From the IMG/VR virus record IMGVR_UViG_3300050821_018577, positions 64,001 through 128,000 of that record: a stretch of 64,000 nt of DNA. One strand, given 5' to 3'. How positions within the stretch are numbered: position 1 is the first letter of the stretch; every line of letters starts with the position of its first letter. The notes under the pieces are model-generated. The model made no database searches. It was not told the origin of the DNA and saw only the letters and a list, made by a program, of their open reading frames with translations. This document shows positions 8,396 to 17,017 of the stretch, one piece after another. Made by a program: the position numbers and the translations under genes. This stretch comes from a virus.

Positions 8396-8580
8396 CGGCG
8401 GTTGAACTTGAACGGAAACTTGGCGCCTGCCCCATCAATGCCGAAGTAAAATTTTTCGGCCGCATCGAAATCCACTGGTCGTACATTGAAGGTGAAGCGA
8501 TTCCCGCCGGAGGTTATATCAACGTGGCCGAGGATGGAGCACGCACAACGGTAGTGAAGATTCCGGAGCCACTTCTATGA
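8392..8580 (+). CDS. hypothetical protein
   Basis: ATG 8392 with ATGA overlap. Confidence 0.55.
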   Translation: MTAVELERKLGACPINAEVKFFGRIEIHWSYIEGEAIPAGGYINVAEDGARTTVVKIPEPLL

Positions 8581-8813
8581 CCGTGGAACAATTACGCGCG
8601 AAGTATTGGCGGCTGCGGGCTAAATTCGATAGCAAAGAGGCGTGCATAACGCCGACCATCGACCGCGAAATTGCCATGCTGCAAGCCGAACTATTGGTCG
8701 AAATCGCCGTGCAGCTCGAGGAAGCCAAACAAGTACTCAATCGCGTTGGGGTGCTCAACTTCGAGGAGATTGCCTTGCGTCTCGAGGATTTGTTCAGAAA
8801 AACACAGGAGTGA
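8577..8813 (+). CDS. hypothetical coiled-coil protein
   Basis: ATGA overlap; helical composition. Confidence 0.6.
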   Translation: MTVEQLRAKYWRLRAKFDSKEACITPTIDREIAMLQAELLVEIAVQLEEAKQVLNRVGVLNFEEIALRLEDLFRKTQE

Positions 8814-8816
8814 AAA

Positions 8817-9356
8817 ATGGACCCGCAGTTGAAATTTAAAACCGGAGTATGCAAAGGCCAGCCGCTTGATTCGGTGGGCGTCCCCTACCGGATCATCCGG
8901 CGCAACGGCGAGGATGTCGCTTATTTCAATAACGGCAACATGGCGCGCTTCTATCGCGATACAGCTGAACCGGTCCCCGTGAATCCGCCAACCTGCGCCA
9001 AGTGCGGGAAACTGTTTCTAGAGTGCGTTTGCGCCAAAGACGCCAAAGGCCACGCTCCCTGGCCGCATGGTCCTATCGCGCTCGATGAGATTGAATTCAC
9101 GCTGACACCACCGGGACATATACCAGTGTTCCGCAAAACCATTGGAGTGTATAAAACGCGTGATGGACACCGGCCCCAGCATCCCTGCGAACCGCTCTAT
9201 TGTGTACTCGAAGGCAGCAAGCAGCTCTACAACGTGGGTCGCGACACGGTTGGCCGCGGGTTGCGCGAATATCTTTGGCTCTATGATATACTACGCTCCT
9301 TCGGTCGCGGACGTTTCGCCGCGCTCCTCGAAGCGGAAGAGATTTATTTCCAATGA
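8817..9356 (+). CDS. hypothetical protein with a CxxC...CxC motif
   Basis: 179 aa; CAKCGKLFLECVC. Confidence 0.65.
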   Translation: MDPQLKFKTGVCKGQPLDSVGVPYRIIRRNGEDVAYFNNGNMARFYRDTAEPVPVNPPTCAKCGKLFLECVCAKDAKGHAPWPHGPIALDEIEFTLTPPGHIPVFRKTIGVYKTRDGHRPQHPCEPLYCVLEGSKQLYNVGRDTVGRGLREYLWLYDILRSFGRGRFAALLEAEEIYFQ

Positions 9357-9532
9357 GACTGCTTGACCCGCGCAATCCCGTTTCGCAGGTGTTTTATTTG
9401 CGTGCTGGCGTGCATCCGGTAAAAGCTCCAGAGCCGCCTAAGCCAGAACCGGTATGGAAAGAAGGCAGTCCTGATGCGGCGAATCAGTTCATGTACCCCA
9501 AGCGCTTGATAGAATCCTGGTTCCAAAAATGA
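9353..9532 (+). CDS. small hypothetical protein (59 aa, absent from the ORF track)
   Basis: MRLLDPRNPVSQVFYLRAG...WFQK; ATGA overlaps at both ends. Confidence 0.65.
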   Translation: MRLLDPRNPVSQVFYLRAGVHPVKAPEPPKPEPVWKEGSPDAANQFMYPKRLIESWFQK

Positions 9533-9927
9533 GAGAGATAGACCCAGGCCACAAATATCAGTTGGACGTCTACGACGGTGCCGGAGAACAAGTAATCACC
9601 TTCATGAAGCGCGAAGGTCCTGGCTATCCATTCAACATCGGCCACTATCCAGGAACCAACTGCCAAGAACTGCTGCGCGTGTTAATAAGCCGCGTGGAGT
9701 ATTTGAACAAACAGATTCCCTGCCAAGACAACGAGCGGGTCCTGGCGCACTTGCGCTATGCCTTCCTCGATTTTGAACGCCGAGGCGCCATGCGGCACGG
9801 CGAGGAGCTTCAACCGTTACAGCTTTGGGATATCGATGACGTCTGTCCGGAGCGCATGCCGCACTGCCCTGTCTGTGGACACATCCGTTGTTTTGGCCAT
9901 AGGAAAGAATCCGATGGGACTCTATAA
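9529..9927 (+). CDS. Tad1-like (Acb2/Tad1 hairpin) anti-defence nucleotide sponge with C-terminal Cys motif
   Basis: GHKY..ITFMK..GTNCQELLRVLISRVEYL..PCQDNERVLAHLRYAFLDFERR aligns by eye with the Tad1 pattern I.F.K..G....LL.....R......S.EN..AL.H...A....RR. Confidence 0.65.
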   Translation: MREIDPGHKYQLDVYDGAGEQVITFMKREGPGYPFNIGHYPGTNCQELLRVLISRVEYLNKQIPCQDNERVLAHLRYAFLDFERRGAMRHGEELQPLQLWDIDDVCPERMPHCPVCGHIRCFGHRKESDGTL

Positions 9928-10309
9928 TTTTCAGCGGCGGTTTGTTTCTTTCATTAAGTCCGGAGCCAAAACCCACACCATCCGCGGGGTCCGCGCGCAT
10001 CCGGACAAGCCCGGGAACACGCTGCATCTCTACACCGGTCTGCGCACCAAGAAGGCCAAGCTGCTCATGCGTGTACCGTGCGTGAAGGTGGAAGAAATTG
10101 AAATCTGGCATGAAGTAGCGACCGCTGAGGACCGTGGTCCAAGTTTCTTTGTTGTCCGCATCGATGGCACCCATCTCGATAAGACCGAATGCGAGAGCCT
10201 CGCCCATCGAGACGGGTTTTCAAGTTTTCATGAAATGATGAAATTCTGGATTGAGCCCAAGAACCGGTTGCCGTTTCGCGGACACATTATCCACTGGAGG
10301 CTGTCATGA
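9914..10309 (+). CDS. ASCH/PUA-like domain protein
   Basis: F...IKSGAKTHTIR...PGNTLHLYTGLRTK is the ASCH signature. Confidence 0.75.
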   Translation: MGLYNFQRRFVSFIKSGAKTHTIRGVRAHPDKPGNTLHLYTGLRTKKAKLLMRVPCVKVEEIEIWHEVATAEDRGPSFFVVRIDGTHLDKTECESLAHRDGFSSFHEMMKFWIEPKNRLPFRGHIIHWRLS

Positions 10310-10536
10310 TTTTGAATCTGCTGTGGCTTTGCATTGCTATCGGCTGGATGGAGGACGGAATGATTGTGCGGTTGCTCTCAATCCATTTGCGCGACCCTAG
10401 CGACCCGTGCCTTTCATTCTCGATTCATTGGAGCGACAAACAGGCAGTCTATATACAACTCTGGAAAGCGTGGCGACCAAGCGGGCCGCGAATCAGAATT
10501 GGAAACTGGGAATTGCCCGCACGGAGCAGCGCATGA
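10306..10536 (+). CDS. hypothetical protein
   Basis: ATGA overlaps; hydrophobic N-terminus. Confidence 0.5.
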   Translation: MILNLLWLCIAIGWMEDGMIVRLLSIHLRDPSDPCLSFSIHWSDKQAVYIQLWKAWRPSGPRIRIGNWELPARSSA

Positions 10537-11144
10537 GCGCGGACATTGCAGAATCGTTGACAGAAATCATCGGCCAGATTCTTGACGATTCGCGTTATCT
10601 TGAAGGGATCACCTATGGGCTGCCGCGCAAAGGCCACGAGGAAGGCACGGTCAAAAACCACATCTTTGAATTACGCCAGAGTCTTGAAAAACTTTCCGGG
10701 ATGCTCAGTGAAGAAGAATATTTGAAACTGCTCATCCTGATTCACGTCCATGACAGTTTCAAGCTCGCCGGCAAGCGGCTCTCCGACAATCATCAAGTCT
10801 CGTTGCGGGATCCGCGCAGCCACGCGTCGCTGGCCCGCGCATTTCTGGCCGAATTCACTAACGACGAATCGATGCTGGCCGTTGCGCAGTGGCACGATGA
10901 AGGCCACGCGCTCTGGAAGCAGGTGGAGGCCAAGGGAAAATTCAGCGTTGTGCGGCTCGATGAAGCCTTGCGCTACATTCCGGATGTGGAGCTCTATCTG
11001 CTGTTCACGGTCATCGACGGCTACACTAAGAGCAAACTGAAAGACCGGACGCCCAAATGGTTTCTGGACGTCGTGCGCGACCACTGTGTTCCGCCGCAGC
11101 CATATCGGGCTTACAAAGCCTTAGAGCTACTGGAGGCTGGATGA
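10533..11144 (+). CDS. HD-domain phosphohydrolase
   Basis: YG.PRKGHEEGTVKNH, IHVHDSFK, SHA, WHD metal-ligand pattern. Confidence 0.65.
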   Translation: MSADIAESLTEIIGQILDDSRYLEGITYGLPRKGHEEGTVKNHIFELRQSLEKLSGMLSEEEYLKLLILIHVHDSFKLAGKRLSDNHQVSLRDPRSHASLARAFLAEFTNDESMLAVAQWHDEGHALWKQVEAKGKFSVVRLDEALRYIPDVELYLLFTVIDGYTKSKLKDRTPKWFLDVVRDHCVPPQPYRAYKALELLEAG

Positions 11145-11794
11145 GTTTTTCACGCCGCGCCCTGCAAGCCGAAGCAGACGCCCGGGACCGGATCCACCAG
11201 CGTCAAAAAAGCAGCCGGCCATTGAGTGAGGACTATTCGCTCCTGGGTGTCGCCGGCGAAGCGCAATTTGAAAGAGATTTTAAAATCCCGCGCGACAGGC
11301 GCCTACTTCCAGGAGGCGATGGCCGCGTCGATTTTACTTTAGGAGACTACACTTTCGACCCGAAGGTGGCGGCAGCCTGCGGCCTCGACGGATGGTACAT
11401 CCTGCTCGAAGCGGACAAGCACAACGCGCGGATCATCGTCCAAGGAAAATTTTGCGAGGAAGGCGGCGAAATTTCAGTGGTCTGGCTCGGCTGGGAATAT
11501 TCCGGGGAATTACTAGCATGTCCTGTCAAGCGGCTGAATCCCAAAGGCCCGCTAAATCATTTCAAACCCATCAAAGAGTGTCGGAAGATGTCCGAGCTCG
11601 CGGAAATCATCCGTAACGAAAAAATTCGTCTTGGCCTTGTCGTCAAGCCGAAGCTGGACCTGAGACTAGCGCCCGGAGCCCTGTGCGGCAGTATGTCCTG
11701 CAACGGCTGTTATGATATCGGCGACGACAAGACGATTCATCCGCCGCGGCCTGGATACGAGCAGCAGCAACTCATTGTTCTCGACGGAGACTAA
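11141..11794 (+). CDS. PD-(D/E)XK-like nuclease domain protein
   Basis: GVAGEAQF...GDGRVDF.....FDPK pattern. Confidence 0.45.
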   Translation: MSFSRRALQAEADARDRIHQRQKSSRPLSEDYSLLGVAGEAQFERDFKIPRDRRLLPGGDGRVDFTLGDYTFDPKVAAACGLDGWYILLEADKHNARIIVQGKFCEEGGEISVVWLGWEYSGELLACPVKRLNPKGPLNHFKPIKECRKMSELAEIIRNEKIRLGLVVKPKLDLRLAPGALCGSMSCNGCYDIGDDKTIHPPRPGYEQQQLIVLDGD

Positions 11795-11795
11795 A

Positions 11796-12188
11796 ATGGC
11801 GGCAATCCTTCGCACCTGGCCGGGATTTATGGCACGTCACAAAGTGCTCGAAGTGTTCAATCACGATTGGGGCCAATTCTATTTCACTCTTGGCCGCGGC
11901 AAGCCGAAGCAGGCGACCGAGGAACTCTGGTGGGCGCACAAGGGCACCATCCTTGGCTATTTCAAAATTACCACCATTGTGCGAAACCTGGGCGACAATT
12001 TGCCGAGACTGCAATCCATCTCCGGAGAAACCAGTGAATGGCAAATCAAGTTGATGAATTGGGTGGCCATTTGCGACCCGCCGTTTATCGCAGCGCCGGA
12101 GAAACTGTTTCACGAATCCTTCCGTGGTTATCGGTACTTCGATTTCGCGCAATGGAGCAAGGACCCGTACTCGAAGGTGCGAATATGA
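11796..12188 (+). CDS. hypothetical protein (possibly PUA-like)
   Basis: Aromatic-rich; C-terminal SFRGYRY. Confidence 0.6.
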   Translation: MAAILRTWPGFMARHKVLEVFNHDWGQFYFTLGRGKPKQATEELWWAHKGTILGYFKITTIVRNLGDNLPRLQSISGETSEWQIKLMNWVAICDPPFIAAPEKLFHESFRGYRYFDFAQWSKDPYSKVRI

Positions 12189-12382
12189 GGGAGCCAAAGA
12201 ACAGAAACCTCTGCGAGTTTGTGTTTTGCAGTAATCCGTGGACGGTGACAGTCGCCCGCGCCAACATGAATGGCGGCGGGCCAAGTTGGAGTTTACATTT
12301 CTGCGGTCAGCATGCCAAGCCGTACGCTAACGGTAGAGACCCGTACGAACGTCATGTGGTCACATTGACCAAGAGGCTGTAA
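12185..12382 (+). CDS. small Cys/His protein
   Basis: CEFVFC...HFCGQH; overlapping start and stop. Confidence 0.5.
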   Translation: MREPKNRNLCEFVFCSNPWTVTVARANMNGGGPSWSLHFCGQHAKPYANGRDPYERHVVTLTKRL

Positions 12383-12660
12383 TGAGTTCGGTTAAATACC
12401 ATTCCCGCTACATCATCGTGACCATTCGCGACGGACAGATTGACTGGATCTCGCAGGCCCGCACTGAACGTGGCGCACAGGCCAGCAAACGCAACTCGAT
12501 GAAATATCGCGCGGCCATGCGACCAAACGGACAATATGAAGTGCGCATCATCGCCATGGAAGATGTTCTGGAGTGGGACAAAATTCGCGAGGAAGCGGAA
12601 AAGTATCGCGCACTTGCGCTTAATCTCGACTCGAAGCGCCGCATTGTGGTGGAGGAGTAA
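12382..12660 (+). CDS. hypothetical protein
   Basis: TAATG overlaps. Confidence 0.6.
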   Translation: MSSVKYHSRYIIVTIRDGQIDWISQARTERGAQASKRNSMKYRAAMRPNGQYEVRIIAMEDVLEWDKIREEAEKYRALALNLDSKRRIVVEE

Positions 12661-13031
12661 TGCTTTTCTACTGGATCATCCTCGCTATCAAGAAAATTGT
12701 ATGGTTCTTCCGTATTCCGAAACCAGAAGACCTGGCGCGCATCGACCCAAATGCGCGTTGCCCATCGTGTGGCGCGCGGGAAGGCAAACTTCGCTGCGTG
12801 CTGAAACGCAAGCCTGGCCCGACAGCCAAAACCGCCACCAATCCTCTTATCTCCGCGCAAATTTTGTGCCAGCATACTTGTCTGGTGGATGGTGCGCGTT
12901 GGTTTGACAAGCCAATCGCAAGCGATGTTGACCCGTCCAAAGTTCTTCCCTCTGTCGCCCGCGATGACCTGGAAGTTGCCGAGGATCGGCAAGCTAAATT
13001 GTGGGCCGAGGAAACCCCACCTTCCGCGTGA
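12660..13031 (+). CDS. hypothetical zinc-finger protein with hydrophobic N-terminus
   Basis: MLFYWIILAIKKIVWFF; CPSC...C...C..C. Confidence 0.65.
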   Translation: MLFYWIILAIKKIVWFFRIPKPEDLARIDPNARCPSCGAREGKLRCVLKRKPGPTAKTATNPLISAQILCQHTCLVDGARWFDKPIASDVDPSKVLPSVARDDLEVAEDRQAKLWAEETPPSA

Positions 13032-13059
13032 ACCGGATTTAGACTAGACTGTTCGCGAA

Positions 13060-16000
13060 ATGGCAAATGGTCGCACCGGCCTCGTTATAAAGCCAGTCAC
13101 GCAGTTGGTGGAAAGCCTGCGTTCGCTCTATCAACGGCCACCGGATAAAATTCGCGGACTAAAAGACGACTCCTGGTATTCGCCGCTGCAGCCGGTACAG
13201 CCGCTCGGACCTCCTGGAACCGAGCCACGCGGATTCCAAACCTGGGCCGGACAAAACTTAATTTTCACGCCGCGTGCCGACGCGGAATTCACCGCCGCCG
13301 ACCTCAAGACCATGGCCACCTATCCTCTGGCGCGGATCTGCATTGAGAACGTGAAGGACACCGTCACGCGGGCTCCGTGGGAAATCCAGATGCGCGCGCG
13401 GCCCACCGAATCGCGCAAGGATGTGGCCAACCGCGCGAAAGACAACAAAGAAACCCTCAACAAGCTGAATAAGTTTTTTGAATATCCCGACCGCGAGCAC
13501 AACTGGCAAGAATGGCTGCGTCCGTTGCTCGATGATTTATTGGTGATCGATGCGCCGGCGATTCTGATTCGACAGACGTTCAACGGCGAAATCGCAGAGC
13601 TCCCGGTCATTCGCGGCGAGATGATTGTGCGTTACATCGACAACAATGGGTTTACGCCGGTGCCGCCGAGTCCCGCATACGCCCAAAACTGGTGGGGCCT
13701 GCCACTTGTAGACCTCACAACTGACCAATTGATTTACAAACCACGTAACATTGTGCCGCGCAACACGTTAGCCTCGCAACTTTATGGAATGTGCGTGGAT
13801 TCCCAAACCGAGATTTTGACACGCGACAGAGGTTTTGTTCGATTCCCAGAACTAAACAAATCGGACTACGTAGCCACGCGTAATCCAGAAACAAAAGAAT
13901 TTGAATGGCAGAAGCCAATTGCCTACACAAATGAACCATACGATGGCGAAATGTATGCGTTCACATCGAAATCGATGGACCTACTTGTCACGCCGCAACA
14001 TCGAATGCTCGTATCCATCCCAACCAAAGGTCCAAATGGGCGGAACGAGACAACTATGTCCGCTGCCGAACTCGCTGACAAAATAAATCACGAACGCAAA
14101 ATTCCAGTAACTGCGCAATGGACCGGGGGTGCCGAAATCGGCGAAATGTTTTTCCCTCGTCGCGCACCGCAAGGAATGGACGTGCGAATAAGCGGTGATG
14201 ATTATTGCGCTTTGGTCGGAGCCTATCTGGCAGAAGGCAATCTATCTCGGCGTCGCGCCGGAGAAATCGGCATCGAAATAGCGCAGATGCCAATGTCAAA
14301 AGGATTTACCGAATACAGTAATTTGATTCGTCGAATCACCGGCGCTCAAGACGGCCACAATGGTAAGGCATTCATCCTGAGACGTCCTGCACTTGGAGAA
14401 CATTTTGAACAATTTGGTAAAGCGCATGAAAAATTTGTGCCATTAGCGATACGGAACGCTCCTCGTCATCAGCTTGAACTTTTCTGGAAGTTTTATCATT
14501 TAGGCGATGGTTGCTTCCAGGAAAGAAAAAATATTTCAGGACGCGGCCAAGTTGGAATCGTGCGCCACGAAGCAACCACGACGAGTAAATTACTCGCAGA
14601 CCATCTTGTAGAAATCGCACAGAAACTCGGATTCTCTGCTCAAGTGAGAGCTGGCTTCATGAAGTTTAGCCCCAACCGCAAGCCAATGAGTTTTTATCGT
14701 GAGTCTTATCATGTGCGGTGCCGCTATTCGACCGAAATGGCAGTTAAGGCCAAAAAGATAAAGTACACCGGTATGGTTCATTGCGTAACCGTTCCAAACG
14801 ACAGCATCTATATTAGGAGGAACGGACGTCCGTGCTGGACAAAAAATTCCCCCACCGAGCAACTTGCCGGTGAAATTCAGGTCGGCATCAAGCGCCTCGA
14901 ATTCGTCCTGGCCTATTACATGGAAGGCAGCGTCCCCGGTGTCGTGCAGGTTGTGCCGCGCGGAACGTCTCCGGACCGCATTGAAGAAGCGATGGAGTGG
15001 ATGAACTCGCAATTGGCCGGCAACTTGTCGAAGCGTAACCAATGGCGTCTCGTGCAAGGATTCAACGAGCCTGGCAAAGCGGACCAGATTATTTTCTCGA
15101 AAGAGCCGTTGCTTGCCGGACTCTACGACGAAAAGCACATCCGCGAAGTGGCTTACGGCTACGGAACCAGCCCACAACGGCTGATGAAGATGATTCGGAC
15201 GGAAGGAAAATCTTCCGCCGACGCCGCGGAAATCGAAGGCACGCTGCCCTGGGTGCTGTGGGTCAAGGGCATCATCGACTTCATCATCCAGCGCAAGATG
15301 GGATTTGTCGATTATGAAATCGCCATCAATCCCTATGCGGAGCCAGACCCGCTCAAAAACGCCGCCGCCCTGACGATGCTGGTCAGCAAGGCGGTACTTA
15401 CGCCCAATGAGGCGCGCAAGCGTGTTGGCGAAGAATTGCGGCCGGAACCGGAAGCCGACCAGCTGGGGATCATCACCGGCACCGGATTTGTTCCTGTCGG
15501 TGTGGCGCCGGCGACGGCCGGGTTGATGGTCGATGAGAAAGGCGCCATCCATCCGCATCCGGTTACGCCTACCGCGCCACCGCAAAAGCCAGCACCAACC
15601 AACGGGGCCCACAATGCGACGCGCGGGAGCACGCCGGTTTCCCAAGAAGCTGGTGGAGGCCGGTCGCAAGGAAAAAACGTCGGAGTGCCTAGCGGTAAAG
15701 AAAGCCTCGACGGTAAAAAAAAAATTCAGCAGGCGTTTCAGTTCGAAAAACGGCTCGGATCGCGTATTGAGCCGGACGTACTGACACCTGAATCACAGCA
15801 AGCCGTCCATCACATCCAGCAGACGCTCCAGAAAGTTTTTGCGGCACAGTCCAAAACCATCGCCACCAGCCGGTTCCACAAACTCCTGGGCAACGCGCTA
15901 GAAAAGCGCAAATTCGGCAACGTGCAATTCAATCTTTCTGTCGATGACGCGCAACGGGTTCTTGAAATTCCCGTCGACGGCACTCACTTCGCTCCGAAGG

Positions 16001-16449
16001 GTCGCGACATGGCGCCGCACGTCACCGTGTTATGGGGCTTCCATCCGGAAGTGACGGCCGAGCAAGTAAATAAAATCACCAAAGGAATCGGCGACGTCGA
16101 CGTAACGCTAGAAAGTCTCGAAGCCTTTCCGGCCGGCGAAGATGGTGTGCCGCTGGTGATTCGCGTCGAAAGCGAAAAGCTGCGCAAACTCCGCGCGGAC
16201 CTCGAAGCTCTGCCGCACACCAAGAGCTGGCCAGAATACAAGCCACACATCTGCGTGGCATATTTGAAGCCGGATGCTCCCGCGCAAGATTACGTGGACG
16301 CCGGCAATCCGCTCGAGGGTGAAACTTTCACGCTATCGCAGTTGGCTTATTCGGGGATCGATTACACCGTGGCGGACCTTGAGAAGTTGTTACTGCCAAG
16401 TGCGCGGCTCGCGCGGGTGACCCATGACGACACCAAGAATCATAGTTAA
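13060..16449 (+). CDS. portal protein with intein and C-terminal 2H phosphoesterase domain
   Basis: HK97-like portal motifs (LLVIDAPA, LIYKPRN, YGM/SPTEQ, GSVPG); intein at aa 245-596; HVT (H987) and HIC (H1063) 2H motifs. Confidence 0.85.
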   Translation: MANGRTGLVIKPVTQLVESLRSLYQRPPDKIRGLKDDSWYSPLQPVQPLGPPGTEPRGFQTWAGQNLIFTPRADAEFTAADLKTMATYPLARICIENVKDTVTRAPWEIQMRARPTESRKDVANRAKDNKETLNKLNKFFEYPDREHNWQEWLRPLLDDLLVIDAPAILIRQTFNGEIAELPVIRGEMIVRYIDNNGFTPVPPSPAYAQNWWGLPLVDLTTDQLIYKPRNIVPRNTLASQLYGMCVDSQTEILTRDRGFVRFPELNKSDYVATRNPETKEFEWQKPIAYTNEPYDGEMYAFTSKSMDLLVTPQHRMLVSIPTKGPNGRNETTMSAAELADKINHERKIPVTAQWTGGAEIGEMFFPRRAPQGMDVRISGDDYCALVGAYLAEGNLSRRRAGEIGIEIAQMPMSKGFTEYSNLIRRITGAQDGHNGKAFILRRPALGEHFEQFGKAHEKFVPLAIRNAPRHQLELFWKFYHLGDGCFQERKNISGRGQVGIVRHEATTTSKLLADHLVEIAQKLGFSAQVRAGFMKFSPNRKPMSFYRESYHVRCRYSTEMAVKAKKIKYTGMVHCVTVPNDSIYIRRNGRPCWTKNSPTEQLAGEIQVGIKRLEFVLAYYMEGSVPGVVQVVPRGTSPDRIEEAMEWMNSQLAGNLSKRNQWRLVQGFNEPGKADQIIFSKEPLLAGLYDEKHIREVAYGYGTSPQRLMKMIRTEGKSSADAAEIEGTLPWVLWVKGIIDFIIQRKMGFVDYEIAINPYAEPDPLKNAAALTMLVSKAVLTPNEARKRVGEELRPEPEADQLGIITGTGFVPVGVAPATAGLMVDEKGAIHPHPVTPTAPPQKPAPTNGAHNATRGSTPVSQEAGGGRSQGKNVGVPSGKESLDGKKKIQQAFQFEKRLGSRIEPDVLTPESQQAVHHIQQTLQKVFAAQSKTIATSRFHKLLGNALEKRKFGNVQFNLSVDDAQRVLEIPVDGTHFAPKGRDMAPHVTVLWGFHPEVTAEQVNKITKGIGDVDVTLESLEAFPAGEDGVPLVIRVESEKLRKLRADLEALPHTKSWPEYKPHICVAYLKPDAPAQDYVDAGNPLEGETFTLSQLAYSGIDYTVADLEKLLLPSARLARVTHDDTKNHS
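13792..14847 (+). mobile_element. intein with LAGLIDADG homing endonuclease (352 aa)
   Basis: Starts CVDSQTEILTRDRG; block B LLVTPQHRM; LVGAYLAEG and FYHLGDG endonuclease motifs; ends YTGMVHCVTVPN..IYIRRNGRPCWTKN with Ser at +1. Confidence 0.93.
15910..16360 (+). other. 2H phosphoesterase (2'-5' RNA ligase / Acb1-like) domain within the portal
   Basis: APHVTVLWGF...PLVIRVESEKLRKLRADLEALPHT.SWPEYKPHICVAY. Confidence 0.8.
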
Positions 16450-16960
16450 TCCGCAGCGGCGTCTCGATGGACTGCTCATCCAGCCACAACCAGCTTTGAG
16501 CGATGTCGAAAAGGCGCGCCGGGAGATGCAGGAAGCTCTCAACCGCAAGATGTTCGCGGAAGTGTTCGATTACGGTGAGCCGGGCGACATGGCTTTGCGG
16601 CCGGCAACGTTCGACGAGAAAGGAAATTACGTTTGCCCGGATTGCAATAAAGATTATGACAATGGGCGATGCACGCTCATCAATATCAACGTCGATGTCG
16701 TCGGCAGTTGCCGTAAATGGGAGAAGAGGCGCGCTTGTGACCAGGAATTGAACGTGGCGCCAAATCCGAACGCGATGACTCCGGAACTCGCCGCTTACGG
16801 CATTGCTGCAAATGGTGAAGGCTTTGGCTGCCACCGTTGCCCATTTCAAGAGAAAGCCTATGAACCCGACAGCCTAGGCCGGGACCGTTATTGCATGCAG
16901 GGAGATTTTCGAATCCCCTGGAATTCCTGCTGTGCCATCAATGGGGCTACGACAAAGTGA
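16424..16960 (+). CDS. Cys-rich protein with two HiPIP-like modules
   Basis: CPDC-x8-C-x12-CRKW and CHRC...C...CC. Confidence 0.55.
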   Translation: MTTPRIIVNPQRRLDGLLIQPQPALSDVEKARREMQEALNRKMFAEVFDYGEPGDMALRPATFDEKGNYVCPDCNKDYDNGRCTLININVDVVGSCRKWEKRRACDQELNVAPNPNAMTPELAAYGIAANGEGFGCHRCPFQEKAYEPDSLGRDRYCMQGDFRIPWNSCCAINGATTK

Positions 16961-17017
16961 ACATCAGACTTCCATACGGTCGATTCTCCAGATAATATTT
17001 TTGACGCGTAGAGGAGT

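Noticed and set aside
16418-16449. Frameshift fusion of the portal to the Cys-rich ORF
   Set aside because: The downstream frame has TGA at 16418-16420 and no slippery heptamer is present in the short overlap.
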